Made by a program: the position numbers and the translations under genes. From contig OX597815.1 in assembly GCA_951406725.2 (NCBI GenBank), positions 48,050,001 through 48,114,000 on the forward strand: 64,000 nt of DNA, given 5' to 3'. Position 1 is the first letter of the stretch. Each line of letters starts with the position of its first letter. This DNA is from Octopus vulgaris. Its lineage: Eukaryota. Shown here in pieces: positions 1 through 10,800 of this stretch. The notes under the pieces are model-generated. The model was not told the DNA's origin, searched no databases, and was given only the letters and a program-made list of their open reading frames with translations.

Positions 1-167
1 CAAGTAATGTTCCCAGTTCTCTGTAAAATACCTTATCTGGCCAAAGGGAAATATTAGCTTGCTTGGAAACAAGTGAGGGTTGGCAATAGAAATGGCATCC
101 ATTCATAGAAAATCTGCCTCGACAAATTCCATCTGACCCATACCAGCAGGGAAAAGTAGGCGTTAAT
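1..167 (+). mobile_element. SINE family F 3' part (RTE-like tail), cut by window edge
   Basis: ggaaatattagcttgcttggaaacaagtgagggttggc...gaaaatctgcctc...ctgacccat module recurs at 2250-2460, 11625-11830(-), 33770-33960 and 55560-55800. Confidence 0.7.
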
Positions 168-174
168 TGATCAA

Positions 175-590
175 AATCAAGCTGTTCATTGCAACTGTCA
201 AATTAGTGCTATTATATAGCTGTGAAACATAGACACTGACACAAATATTGTCAAACGGGCTACATGGATGCTACACACGGATGCTACAAATGGCCCTAAA
301 TGTGAAACGGCAACATATGGTAAAATGAATGCCTTTAGGGAGACCAGCTGAAAGTTAGTGAGAAGATCAGGTAAAGACAGCTGTGAGCATCTGGTTACTG
401 TGTGTGTGTCACTCTGTAGAGGAAGCATTCAAATTAGTCTTGTTGAACCCATTTCATGGCGAAGTAAGAAGAGGAAAATGTCATTGGCAACTTGATGGCA
501 GACACTGGCCTAGAATGTTTCCAGAACCTCGAGGCAGCGATGATGGACCAAGAAGTTGTTACTGTAGCCCGAGTTGGAACCTGGCCATAA
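175..590 (+). mobile_element. RTE/RTE-X-like LINE 3' fragment (degenerate ORF C-terminus)
   Basis: Translates as ATVKLVLLYSCET*TLT...LHGCYTRMLQMALNV and later LVLLNPFHG...RRG, matching the post-RT 'LLYGCETW...GCYTRMLR.ALN' region of RTE-type LINEs; stops and frameshifts present. Confidence 0.75.
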
Positions 591-1542
591 TGATAAATAA
601 ATGGTGATCTAGCAGGCCAATCGACTGTGTAGATGCACCTCTTGTTGCTTCATACCAGCACTAATGTAGCAACTACAAAGGAATGAAGAATGAAAGCCAA
701 ATGGAGTGTAGAAACATTACAATTTAAAACGATAGTTTTTTTTTTCTGACTAGTTAGAAACTTTTTCGTAACTGACAGCTAACATGCCTCAACTTCTCAA
801 ATGGTAGTACCAGCTCTGTTTTACCATTTTCACAATGAACTTTGATCTTTCAGATTTGTTAGCTGTACTTAGTAGCTACTTGAAGCTGCAACATCACCAC
901 TTTTCACCATAGACATAACAATTATTTGCCAAAATTCGTTACCAAATAACATATAAGCTCATTCAATCATTCTGATAATTGCCACAACTATGGAATTCTT
1001 ATACCTTTAATATATTCTTAGAGTAAATTCCAGCTTTCCAAGATTTCTAATAACTACACACATCTCACTTGTACCCCCTAATCTTCTAACGTAAGAGGAA
1101 TATGTATCATATAAAGATAGTAAACATTATAAGCACCAATTTGAGACAGAAAAGTGCATCAGACTCACTGTTGGGTGACCGCATTACCAATTATAATGCA
1201 GAGTACCTGCTATTCAGTCTTCTCAAATTACTATAAAAGGTACTATAAATATTACAGTTCCATGTGTTTTACACATAATGATGAAAGGGAAAAGAGAAAC
1301 ACTAATATTTTTGTTTGAATTCTTGATTTCTTCAAAGGGTTTCTTTATCAGTGACATGCTACGAGTGTTATAATAACTGTAAGCTGAATATTTATAATTA
1401 TGTAAATTTGTATATTGTGTTATGAAATATATCTTGTAGTTATAAATGAGAGAATGCCACGTTTGTAAATGGAGCAGAAAATGACTGCTAGATAGGTAAG
1501 ATGGGCGGCTGTATTTACACACACACACACACATATAATAGG

Positions 1543-1710
1543 TGCAGGCATGGGTGTGTGGTTGAGAAACTTGTATTCCTACCATGTGGTTTTGGGGTTC
1601 AGTCCCTTTGCATGGCACCTTGGGCAAGTGTCTTTTACTATAGCCTTTGAGTGACAAAATCTTTGTGAGTGTATTTGGTACATAGAAACTGAGAGAAGCC
1701 ACTGTATATG
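1543..1710 (+). mobile_element. SINE family A head (tRNA-derived, CORE-like motif)
   Basis: A/B-box-like head, ggttcagtccc, gcaccttgggcaagtgtcttt; more than 12 copies in the window. Confidence 0.85.
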
Positions 1711-1884
1711 TGTGTGTATATATATATACATATATATATATGACTTCAGGATGCTGAACCTTTTAATGCAAGATGACAAAGGACTGGGATGCCTGGTGCC
1801 TTGCTGTACTCAAGAAGACCTGTGCTTCACAGCAGAAGTGTTAAGATTACTCTCCCTGATGAAGAGGATTGACCTGCAAGGGTC

Positions 1885-2203
1885 CTGTGCTGGTGTCACA
1901 TAAAAAGCACTTGTGGTGGTGCTATGTAAAAGTGCCTGTGTGGTGTCATGTAAAAGTGCTGGTGAGGTGCTATGTAAAAGCCCTTGTGCAGTACCATGTA
2001 AGAGCACCCATGCAGTGCCATGTAAAATCGCCTGTGTGGGGCCATGCAAAAGCATCCAGCACACTCCGTATAATGGTTGGCTTTAGGAAGGGTATCCAGT
2101 TGTAGAAACCTTGCCAAATCAGACAGGAGCCTGATGGAGCCAGCTCTGGTCAAACTGTCCAACCCATGCCAGCATGGACAATGGATGTTAAATGATGATG
2201 ATG
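1885..2203 (+). mobile_element. SINE family C with internal ~23-bp minisatellite and (GAT)n tail
   Basis: ggaagggtatccagttgtagaaac...ccaacccatgccagcatgga...tgttaaatgatgatg; upstream about 7 copies of a ggtgccatgtaaaagc-like unit. Confidence 0.8.
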
Positions 2204-2249
2204 TACACACACACACACACACACAAACATGCATGCATATTTGAATGGG

Positions 2250-2462
2250 TTTATGTCTGTGTCTCTTTGTCTTTATGCAGCATGATTGTTGGAAATGATT
2301 GTCACTCATACAAGCAATATCATTCAAGGGGAAATATTATCTTGTTTCTTCTAGGTAAGGATTTGTAAGATGAAAGGCATCCAGCTATGGAAAATCTGCC
2401 ACAATACTTTCCACCTAACCCATGCAAGCATGGAAAAATGGATGTTAAAAGAATGATGATGA
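2250..2462 (+). mobile_element. SINE family F 3' part
   Basis: ggaaatattatcttg...aggcatccagctatggaaaatctgcc...catgcaagcatggaaaa; same module as 1-167. Confidence 0.65.
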
Positions 2463-2477
2463 CAATTATAAATGTAT

Positions 2478-3237
2478 ATATAAATAATATTTTGATAGAC
2501 AAACCCAAAAGGCTTTGCAAGTTATGCAGAGGAAGCTACTATGGAAGGCTCATTGTATAATAACTGTATAATATATATCATACTATGAGTATGATATATA
2601 TTATATAGTTATTATACAATGAGTTTTCCATAATAGCTTTCTCTCCATAACTTGCAAAGCCTTTTGGGTTTGTTTATAAAGATATTATTTATGTAGTATT
2701 AACCCTTTTGTTACTGTATTTATTTTGAGATGCTCTGTATTTCTTTCAATTATTTTAAATATAACAAAAAATTTAATAAAATAACTTAGTTATCATTCAG
2801 CTAGTGTTAGGAACATAAATTGTGACTAAGGTTTGGTGGCAGATTATAATTCAAAACTTATGAAAACGAGACATTTGTACTCAGAGCCAGAGTCAGTTTC
2901 AGCTGGCTTGGTAATGAAAGGGTTCAGAAAGTTTAAGTATATATCAACTAAATTTGACTGAAATTGATGGGTGAGCATTTGGCTAATCAGATTCACAAGG
3001 AACCGTGTAAGCGTTTATTTGTGAGTTCGATTCAGCCTGAGGTTAGCTCATCATTTTTCAGTCATTTATTTATATTTAAACAAAAACTGTCGCTTCAAAT
3101 CAGAGAATAAATATCATTATGATATATATTATACAGTTATTATACTATGAGTCTTCCATAGTAGCTTTCTCTCCGTAACTTGCAAAGCCTTTGGGTTTGT
3201 TTATGAAAATATTATTTATGTAGTATTAAGACAGTTT
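2478..3237 (+). mobile_element. Unclassified element: inverted copy + two ~115-bp direct repeats around a Pol III-like core
   Basis: 2478-2582 is the reverse complement of 2591-2695; 2591-2934 (excluding the MITE) is directly repeated at 3119-3237; A-box-like TGGCTAATCAG at 2980 and B-box-like GAGTTCGATTC at 3023. Confidence 0.7.
2703..2922. mobile_element. piggyBac-like MITE
   Basis: TTAA|CCCTTTTGTTAC...GTAATGAAAGGG|TTCA (TTAA target with one copy mutated); removing it restores the flanking direct repeat. Confidence 0.75.
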
Positions 3238-3271
3238 GCCTTTCATAAGTCATCAATAAATAGGATATATA

Positions 3272-3516
3272 TCACGTGATCACGTGATTGACCAGGCCAT
3301 CAGATGTTGCTACACATCGCTGGTCACCCCGCTGGCTAAGCGAGCAGACCAACAAAAGAAAGAGTGAGAAAAAGTTGTGGTGAAAGAGTACAGCAGGGAT
3401 CACCCCCCCCCCTGCCAGAGCGTCGTGGAACTTTAGGTGTTTACGCTCAATAAACACTCACAACGCCTGGTCTGGGAATTGAAACCATGAGTCTGCTGCC
3501 CTAACCACTGGGCCAT
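3272..3516 (-). mobile_element. SINE family E (tRNA-derived)
   Basis: Minus-strand head tggcccagtggttagggcagc...ttcaattcccagacc; body shared with 14556-14855. Confidence 0.8.
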
Positions 3517-3961
3517 ATATATATGTGATATATATATACATCATCCTGGAAAGTGCTCATGATCAAATGTTGATCTCACCTGACCAGTGAAACATCCGTC
3601 TTGATTGAAAATAATGGAAGGAAGGAATGATCCAATTGCTAACATTTCCAAATATGGGAACAGCTATCAGATCACAAGCATTCCTGCTATATTCAAAATT
3701 TGCAGACCTTTTACTGCTTTTTGCTTCTCCTTGACTCTAAGAGAATACAAATTAAAAGTGGAAGAAGTTTTGTGGTCAAAGATATTCAAGTGGTTGACAG
3801 CACATGAAGAATTTAGCATGGGAAGGGCTGAAAGCCAGGGCAAATTCTCGTGTGAAGCCCTCTCCAACTGGCCTGTATAAGTAAACCGGTATATGTAAGA
3901 TACTTTAACCAGCAGAGAAGATTGAAAACAGCTGAATAGAATGGAATGTTGTGCATATATT

Positions 3962-4200
3962 CGTGCTGGTTCCCTGTTAAAAGCACCCAACACACACTGT
4001 AAAGTGATTGGTGTTAGGAAGGATATCCAACCATCTGTAGAAATCAAGTCAAATTAGACTGGTATGTAGTGCAGCTCTTCTGCTAGCCAGCCCTGGTCAG
4101 ACTGCACAACCCATGCCAGCATGGAAAACAGATGTTATATATTAATTAAATTTGACTGAAATTGATGGGTGATGGAAAATAGATGTTAAAGGATGATGAT
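3962..4200 (+). mobile_element. SINE family C carrying a templated 37-bp insertion
   Basis: gttaggaaggatatccaacc...acccatgccagcatggaaaacagatgtta...gatgatgat. Confidence 0.75.
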
Positions 4201-4239
4201 ATCAGCTAGGCATGCAATGAAGCAATGAAAGAGCCTGAT

Positions 4240-4445
4240 ACATGATTGTTTGACTTAGAAACAGTAGCTAAACCTCCCCCATAGTACAGCTTGCGATCTT
4301 CAAAAAAACATAGGATATATTATATAAAGTAGCCATAGTTATGCTGTCTGTAAAGATAGGATGGTCATAGCTAGAATGCCGTCAGTCATATGCCAGCTCA
4401 ATCAGGCTGAGCTAGGGCTAAACAAAACGTAACACAGCAACAATA
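4240..4445 (+). mobile_element. Old interspersed repeat (family G, ...ggctaaacaac-type tail)
   Basis: tagaaacagtagctaaacctccc... module recurs degenerately at 9635-9700, 28960-29120(-), 32000-32050(-), 40340-40460(-) and 55200-55270. Confidence 0.5.
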
Positions 4446-5307
4446 CAACAGCTCATAATCAGAACTATGGTCCAGATACCATTGACAAGGTATACTGAAA
4501 TAATTAGAGTTTGAAGATATCCAGGTGATTTGTTAATTACTCATCTAGGGAACTCTACTCAGAAACACAACAAAATGACAATGGTGGATTTGAACTCATA
4601 GTCTCTGAGCAGTCACTTCAATAATAACTCATCTGTTCAGCTGTATTGCCATTACTGGAAGTGAATATGGTGTAGTCATTGAGAAAGCTTCCAGCAGTTG
4701 TACAGAAAGAATTAATAATTGGCTTGGTGTACAACTGGATTAGTTAGTTACAATCAGTGTTTATTAACAGCTGCAGATTTAATTGTTGTTAATTAATGTA
4801 ATTAATTAATACAATTGACAATTACAAAAGTTATATGCAGTAGTTGGTCTTAATGTTAATAGCAGCTGTTGACTTCAAAGGAATAATTAATTAATTAATT
4901 AATTAAAACGATTTACAATTAGAACAGTTATTTACACATAGTAGGTTTATTAGTGTTCATAATAAATAGCAGTAGACTTGAAAGGACTAATTGGTTTAAC
5001 AAGATTTAGGTTTACTAATTGTGTGTCATTAATATTATTGTACTGTGAGAATTAGTAGGTGTGGTTTTGAAAATGTTAACTTCTGGATGAGACACCAAGA
5101 ACACATGTGTAATAGAGTATTTCAAATGTGTTAGTGACTTCCTAGAAATAGCTGACAGCTTCTGTTACTTAGTTGACCTTATTAGCAGTGGAGGCGGGTG
5201 CTCTGAAAGCATAGCAGTCAAATTAAGAACAAGAAATAGTTCAGGAAGCTATTACTTCTGCTGGTAACAGAGGGTTTTGAGTTTCTCTATATAAGTGAAG
5301 GACAGAT

Positions 5308-5470
5308 AGGCATAGGTGTGGCTGCATGGTAAGATGTTTCCTTCCTGATCACATGGTTCTGGGTTCAGTCCCACAGCACAACTTGGGCATGCATCTTCTA
5401 TTATAGCATTGGACTGACCAAAGCCTTGAGAGTGGATTTGGTAGATGGAAACTAAAAGAATCCCACTGTA
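5308..5470 (+). mobile_element. SINE family A head
   Basis: gtgtggctgcatggtaag...ggttcagtcccac...gagtggatttggtagatggaaact. Confidence 0.8.
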
Positions 5471-5589
5471 TATATTTTGCTTAGGCATTGTGAGGCTAAT
5501 AACCTGGTGTAGAACTCAATATATGTATGTTTCAGATGAAAGTGTTAGATGAATATAAGAAAAAGAGATGACACAGGAAAAATACACAT

Positions 5590-5750
5590 GATAGGTTTCC
5601 ACACAGTTTCTGCCTACCAAATCCACTTGCAAGTCTTTTGTTGGTCCAGGGCTATAGAAGAAGTCACTTGCCCAAAGGTGCCATGCAGTGGAACTGAACC
5701 TCCAATCATGTGGTTCCAAGGCAAGCTTCTTAACCACACAGCCATGCCTG
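5590..5750 (-). mobile_element. SINE family A head, inverted relative to 5308-5470
   Basis: Reverse complement of the family A head. Confidence 0.8.
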
Positions 5751-5835
5751 AACCAAGCCATGCCTCCATCTGTTTAATTCTTGTGTACATAAGCATGACT
5801 AGTGATACTTAAGGATAATTTTGTATGTAAGTCAA

Positions 5836-5916
5836 AGCTCTGATGAAGCTATATGGTCTTACTCAGATACTCAGCTATGAGTCCACAACATCGTATAGTA
5901 GAAACAGTTGTAAGCT
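5836..5916 (+). ncRNA. Minimal type I hammerhead ribozyme motif in a probable Penelope-like remnant
   Basis: agct-CTGATGA-a-gctatatg...cgtatagt-a-GAA-ACAGTTGT-A-agct: stem I agct/agct, intact core, near-palindromic short stem III, GUA cleavage triplet at 5910-5912. Confidence 0.65.
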
Positions 5917-6805
5917 AATGAAGTTCATAAGATAACCATTTATTCCTTCGTCATCTCATTTTCTTGTAAGATATGGTACACGTGTGGACCATGGGCAAAT
6001 GTAATAAAAGAGTTAAAGTGGGGGAATTACAAAAAGGATATGGTGATTCCTGTTGCAGAATGTCATGGAACCCCAGTTGGAAAGAGAGCGCCAGAAGACA
6101 GCATCCTTCATTTGGTATTAGGGTGCACATTTATTAATGTGTGGCTGGTGTATTAGGGAAGTGGGAAGCAGCATAACAGAGAGAATTAGAAATTAGGGAG
6201 AGGATGTGAGCAGAATAAAACAGAAGTAGAATAGGTAAATAAAACAATAAAAAGAAAAAGAAAGAAAAAACAACAATAACAAGCTAAAAGATCTGAAGAA
6301 TTTGTTATTTAAAAGTGAGACTCATTATCTTGAGTTAGTTTATAGAATATTGTTTTCCACCAATCTGGAATTTGTTTTTAATCTGTGCAATCAACCAATT
6401 AGTTGTTGTCAGAGTGGAAGAGAAAGTGAAGAATAAGTGAGGGTGATAAGAGAGATAGAGGTTGTTCTGCTGCTAAGGGACAGTTGTGGTTATCTAAAGC
6501 TCAATTAAAATATGAAAAAAGAAATTCTCTTGGATAGAGTCCCAGCAGATTGTTTAGGCTTCACTGAAGCTATAGTTTCAGTATCTATAACAATAATAAT
6601 AAGACCTAGCATTGACACAACTGTTAGTACCATTACTAGCTCCACTTCAATTTATTTCTTCTACAAGTTTGACTAACACTACTACTGCTGCTGTCACTGC
6701 CAACACCACCAACACCCCCTTGTTTAATGCAGTATATTCAACCTCCTTCCCCATCATTACTGCCATTATTTATGCAGCCTGACAATTGTTGTCTCACATA
6801 GACAC

Positions 6806-7070
6806 TGGCATGGCTGTGTGGTTAAGAAGCTCAATTTGCAACCATGTAGTTTCAGGTCCTCTGTTATAGCTTTGGACCTACAAATCTTGTAAGTGCGTGT
6901 GTGTCTTTGTGTTTCTCACCTCCTACTCCACTGCTTGACAACCAGTGTTGGCTTGTTTATGTCCCTGTAACATTAAGCAGTTTGGCAAACAAAAACAACA
7001 AAATAAGTATTCATCAAAGCAATGCTCCAGCATGGCTGCAGTCCAATGACAAAAACAAATAAAAAAGAAA
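6806..7070 (+). mobile_element. SINE family A, internally deleted
   Basis: ggcatggctgtgtggttaag head plus gcttgacaacc...ctccagcatggctgcagtccaatgac tail. Confidence 0.7.
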
Positions 7071-7363
7071 AGAGAGATTTGTCACAATCCATCACTCTCA
7101 ACACCTTTGCAACCACCGCCATTGCTGTCACCTATGACACCTCCACCAACACAACTTCTGTTGCCTCTACCACAGCTACTGCCATTGGTATTCATATTCT
7201 CAATGGCTAAGACCCTCACTGTTACCAGTATTGTCATTACTGTCCATCACCTTTGCCACCGTCACCGTCAACACCATCACCATTAACGTTACTACTATCA
7301 TCTCTCAACCACATCTAAACCATCACTACTAATGCTACTATGGCTAATATTACTACACTCACT

Positions 7364-7835
7364 AAGGTGGCAAGCTGGCAGAATTGTTACTGTGCAGAGT
7401 AACAATTCTATGGCGGGGAGTTGGAAGAAACGTTAGCACGCTGGGTGAAATACTTAGTGGTATTTCGTCTGCTGTTACGTTCTGAGTTCAAATTCCATTG
7501 AGGTCAACTTTGCCTTTCATCCTTTTGGGGTTGATAAATTAAGTACCAGTTACATACTGGGGTCGATGTAATCAACTTAATCCCTTTGTCTGTCCTCGTT
7601 TGTCCTCTCTGTGTGTAGCCCCTTGTGGGCAATAAAGAAATAAGAATTGTTACTGTGCTGAGCAAAATGCTTGGTGGTATTTCATCTATCTTTATATTCT
7701 GAGTTCAAATTCTGCCGAGATTCACTTTGCCTTTCATCCTTTCAGAGTTGATAAAATAAGTACCAATTGAGAAGTGGGGTCGATGTAATCGGCTTACCCA
7801 ATCCTCCAAAATTGCTGGCCTTGTCCCAAAATTTT
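7364..7835 (+). mobile_element. SINE family B (Deu/Nin-domain-like) with a second family B copy nested at ~7410-7642
   Basis: ctgagttcaaattc B-box; gcctttcatcc...gataaat-aagtaccag Deu/Nin-like motif; 16-bp TSD agaattgttactgtgc at 7380-7395 and 7643-7658. Confidence 0.85.
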
Positions 7836-8274
7836 TGTTGCTGAACCACTAAGTTACAGTGATATAAACAAACCAACACCAGTTGTCATGTGGTGGGAGG
7901 GGTACAAACACAAAGTCACATACATGATAGGTTTCCACAGAGTGGTCAGAAGAGTTGGTGTGAGAGAGGCAAGAGAGTTTATAAATGAGAGGAAAGCTTG
8001 GAGAGTATCTGTGGACAGATGAGTAAATTTGATGTTGCTCAAAGAGGTTCAGAACCAGCATGATGTGGCAGGAGTAAACCAGCATTAGCTGTCAGGCCCC
8101 ACTGCTGAGATTTGGGGTTGCGTTCCATGCCTTAACCCGAGCAAAGAACAAGGCTCACCTCTTTGAGTTGGGAAATGAAAGGAATGCCTGGTGTGTATCT
8201 TGTGGCTACCCACTCCTTAAAAAAATTGGGAATAGCCTGGATATATATAAAAACAAAAAAATATTAACCATCTG

Positions 8275-8460
8275 AAAGGTAGCAAGCTGACTGAATTGCC
8301 AGTCCATCAGGGCAAAATTTCTAGCAACATTTTGTCCATCTTTATGTCCTAAATTCAAATCTCACTTTGCCTTTTATCCTTTTAAAGTTGATAAAGTAAG
8401 TACCAGTTGAGCACTGGGGTCGATGTAATCAATTTATCCCCTGCCATTAATATTTGAAAT
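8275..8460 (+). mobile_element. SINE family B
   Basis: ttgccttttatcc...gataaagtaagtaccagttgagcactggggtcgatgtaatc. Confidence 0.7.
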
Positions 8461-8534
8461 AAATATTACTACACATACTACCTTTAGGAAAGCTGATGAC
8501 TGCAATAAACTGAAAAATGTCTACAAATTAGAGG

Positions 8535-8970
8535 TAACTTTTTCTAATTTTGGCACAAAGGCTGAAATTTTGAGAGAGGGGGAGGTCAATTACATTGATC
8601 CTAGTGTTTAAACCTTTAGCATTCAAACTGGCCATGCCATGCCCAAATATTCTATATATTTTGTATTCATACTAACTAGATAAGGCCTCTGCAATGTCAT
8701 TCTAAAAGTAAACAAACACATCATTGAAATCTTGAAGCTACAAGATAATGTGTGATAAATTCAAAACAATGTGAATAAATAAGTATCATATTTATCAGAA
8801 TAATCTGAATGCTAAAGGGTTAACTGGCACTTCTCTTATTGACCCCCAAAAGGGTAAAAGGTAAGACAGACTCTGGCAAAATTTGAACTCAGAACATAAA
8901 GAGCTAGAAGAAATGGTGTTATGCATTTTGACCAGTGTGCTAGCAATTCTGACAGCTTACCACCTCAGCA
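8535..8970 (-). mobile_element. SINE family B interrupted by a piggyBac-like MITE
   Basis: The family B reverse complement is continuous across 8612-8819 once the MITE and one TTAA are removed. Confidence 0.7.
8612..8819. mobile_element. piggyBac-like MITE (same family as 31767-31987)
   Basis: TTAA|ACCTTTAGCATTCA...TGAATGCTAAAGGG|TTAA; internal sequence shared with 31767-31987. Confidence 0.85.
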
Positions 8971-9764
8971 AATTAGAAATAATGCAACTACCCCACCCCC
9001 AAACAAATAATATTTATTATGCACCAAAAGATAACAGAGAAACTGAAATACTCGTCTTTGTCTCTGCTACATTTGTATGTTCTTGTGATTTCATTTTTGT
9101 AGATATACTTTCTTTTCCTTTCCCTGATCTGTTCCCCTTCCTACCTAGTATGTCTGTTGCAGCATTATTAAAAGACCTCGCCAATTATCTACAATCAAAT
9201 TAGAAGGTTCTGCAGGAGAGGGATCCATTAGTAAACTTTCATTCTCTTCTTGCCACGTAGACCGAAGATAAGCAGCAGAGTCACCAGACTATCGTGCAGA
9301 TTTACATTTAGAGCATATTCATTGGATATTTCCTGCACATCATAATGTAAACGAGATTATTACAACAAAAACAATCATAAACATCACGTACAAAAAGAAG
9401 AAAACAAAATAGCAAAGGTAGACTGTTATAATCTGAGAGCAAAATCTCTCTGGTTTTGGTCAGTCAAATAAATGCAAGTAGCATTTGATAATGCAGAGAG
9501 AATCTTTGATTCAATCTTAATATTCAAGATTAATATTAATGAGCAGAACTTATGAAACTTTGCAAAATTGGAATATATCTTTTTAACTTACTTGCAACAA
9601 AATACATCACAAATAGACGAGAGAACTTTTACTCTATGTAGTCATATGACTACCTAAAAACAGCAGTCAAATCTTCCTGAAATCATATCCCACATTGTCA
9701 TTATTGCCAACATCTTCATCAACCAATCCCCTCACAATTTTGCCATGTCACTCAACTAAACAAA

Positions 9765-9910
9765 GCACTTTATTTTATCAACTTCAGAAGAACGAAAAGC
9801 AAAGCCGACTTTGGTGAGATTTGAACTGTGAATTATAAAAAGATGCCAAACAGTTCTGCTAGGTATTTTGTCCAAAATGTTAATGATTTTTGCCGATTCA
9901 CTGACTTCTT
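9765..9910 (-). mobile_element. SINE family B fragment
   Basis: tttattttatcaac...aaagcaaagccgactttggtgagatttgaact. Confidence 0.6.
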
Positions 9911-10639
9911 ATCAGTTAACTGGTTAAGATCTTAATGTAAATACTATTAGACATTTTAAGTAGCAATTTTAGACAGAAATAGCACCAAATTTGAAGAGGT
10001 GGAATGACAGGTAGTTTATATTGTAACTGGTAATGCAGTTGCCTGACAGGTGTTAAACAGCATGGTTCAAGTTTCATTAGTGAGCATATTTCTCTTTACT
10101 ATCTGAAACTGGAGTTTACTGCATTATTGCCAATCTTCCACTTGAACAAAGAAAATATTATTTCCAGAGGATTTTTTAGTATGTCTGCCAATTGCAATTC
10201 CTGACTGTCATTTTATGTGTTTTTAATTTCTTTTTTATGACAGGAGGTAGGATTTGAAACACACTTGGTACATTTATCATGGCACTAGTGCAAGTGAGGT
10301 AACTTTGTATCCTGCAAAACAAAAGAAGGTTCTCACGAGTGCATGTTGTTTCTGTTCAGAGCAACTTGACCAATAGAGCAGGTAAGACAGAAGATGACTG
10401 CAGAAGAACCAGGGTGCAAGAGGAGAGAGAGAGAGCAGCAAGATATGTGGGAAAGACAGGGTGGTGGTGGGGAGAAACAGAGGAGACCATGCTAGAGAGC
10501 ATGTCCATTCACACTTTCACTTTTTGGTTTTTTCAATAAAGGATGTGATACCTGATATGCAAAAATAAAGAACACACAGTTCCAGAATAGACAGAACTGC
10601 AAGATACCTTGTCCAATGTTCCTGTAATTTTGTCTTGTT

Positions 10640-10800
10640 ACCCCCATAAACTAGTGCTTTATTTATCAACCATGAAAGGATGAAGGGCAAAGTTAACTTG
10701 GGCAGGATTTGAACTCAGAGTACAGACAAACAATCAGAACAAATAACACTAAGAATTCTATCCAGTGTTGTAGTGACTCAGCCAATATGTCATCTTATAA
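10640..10800 (-). mobile_element. SINE family B fragment
   Basis: gaaaggatgaagggcaaagttaacttgggcaggatttgaactcaga. Confidence 0.65.
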
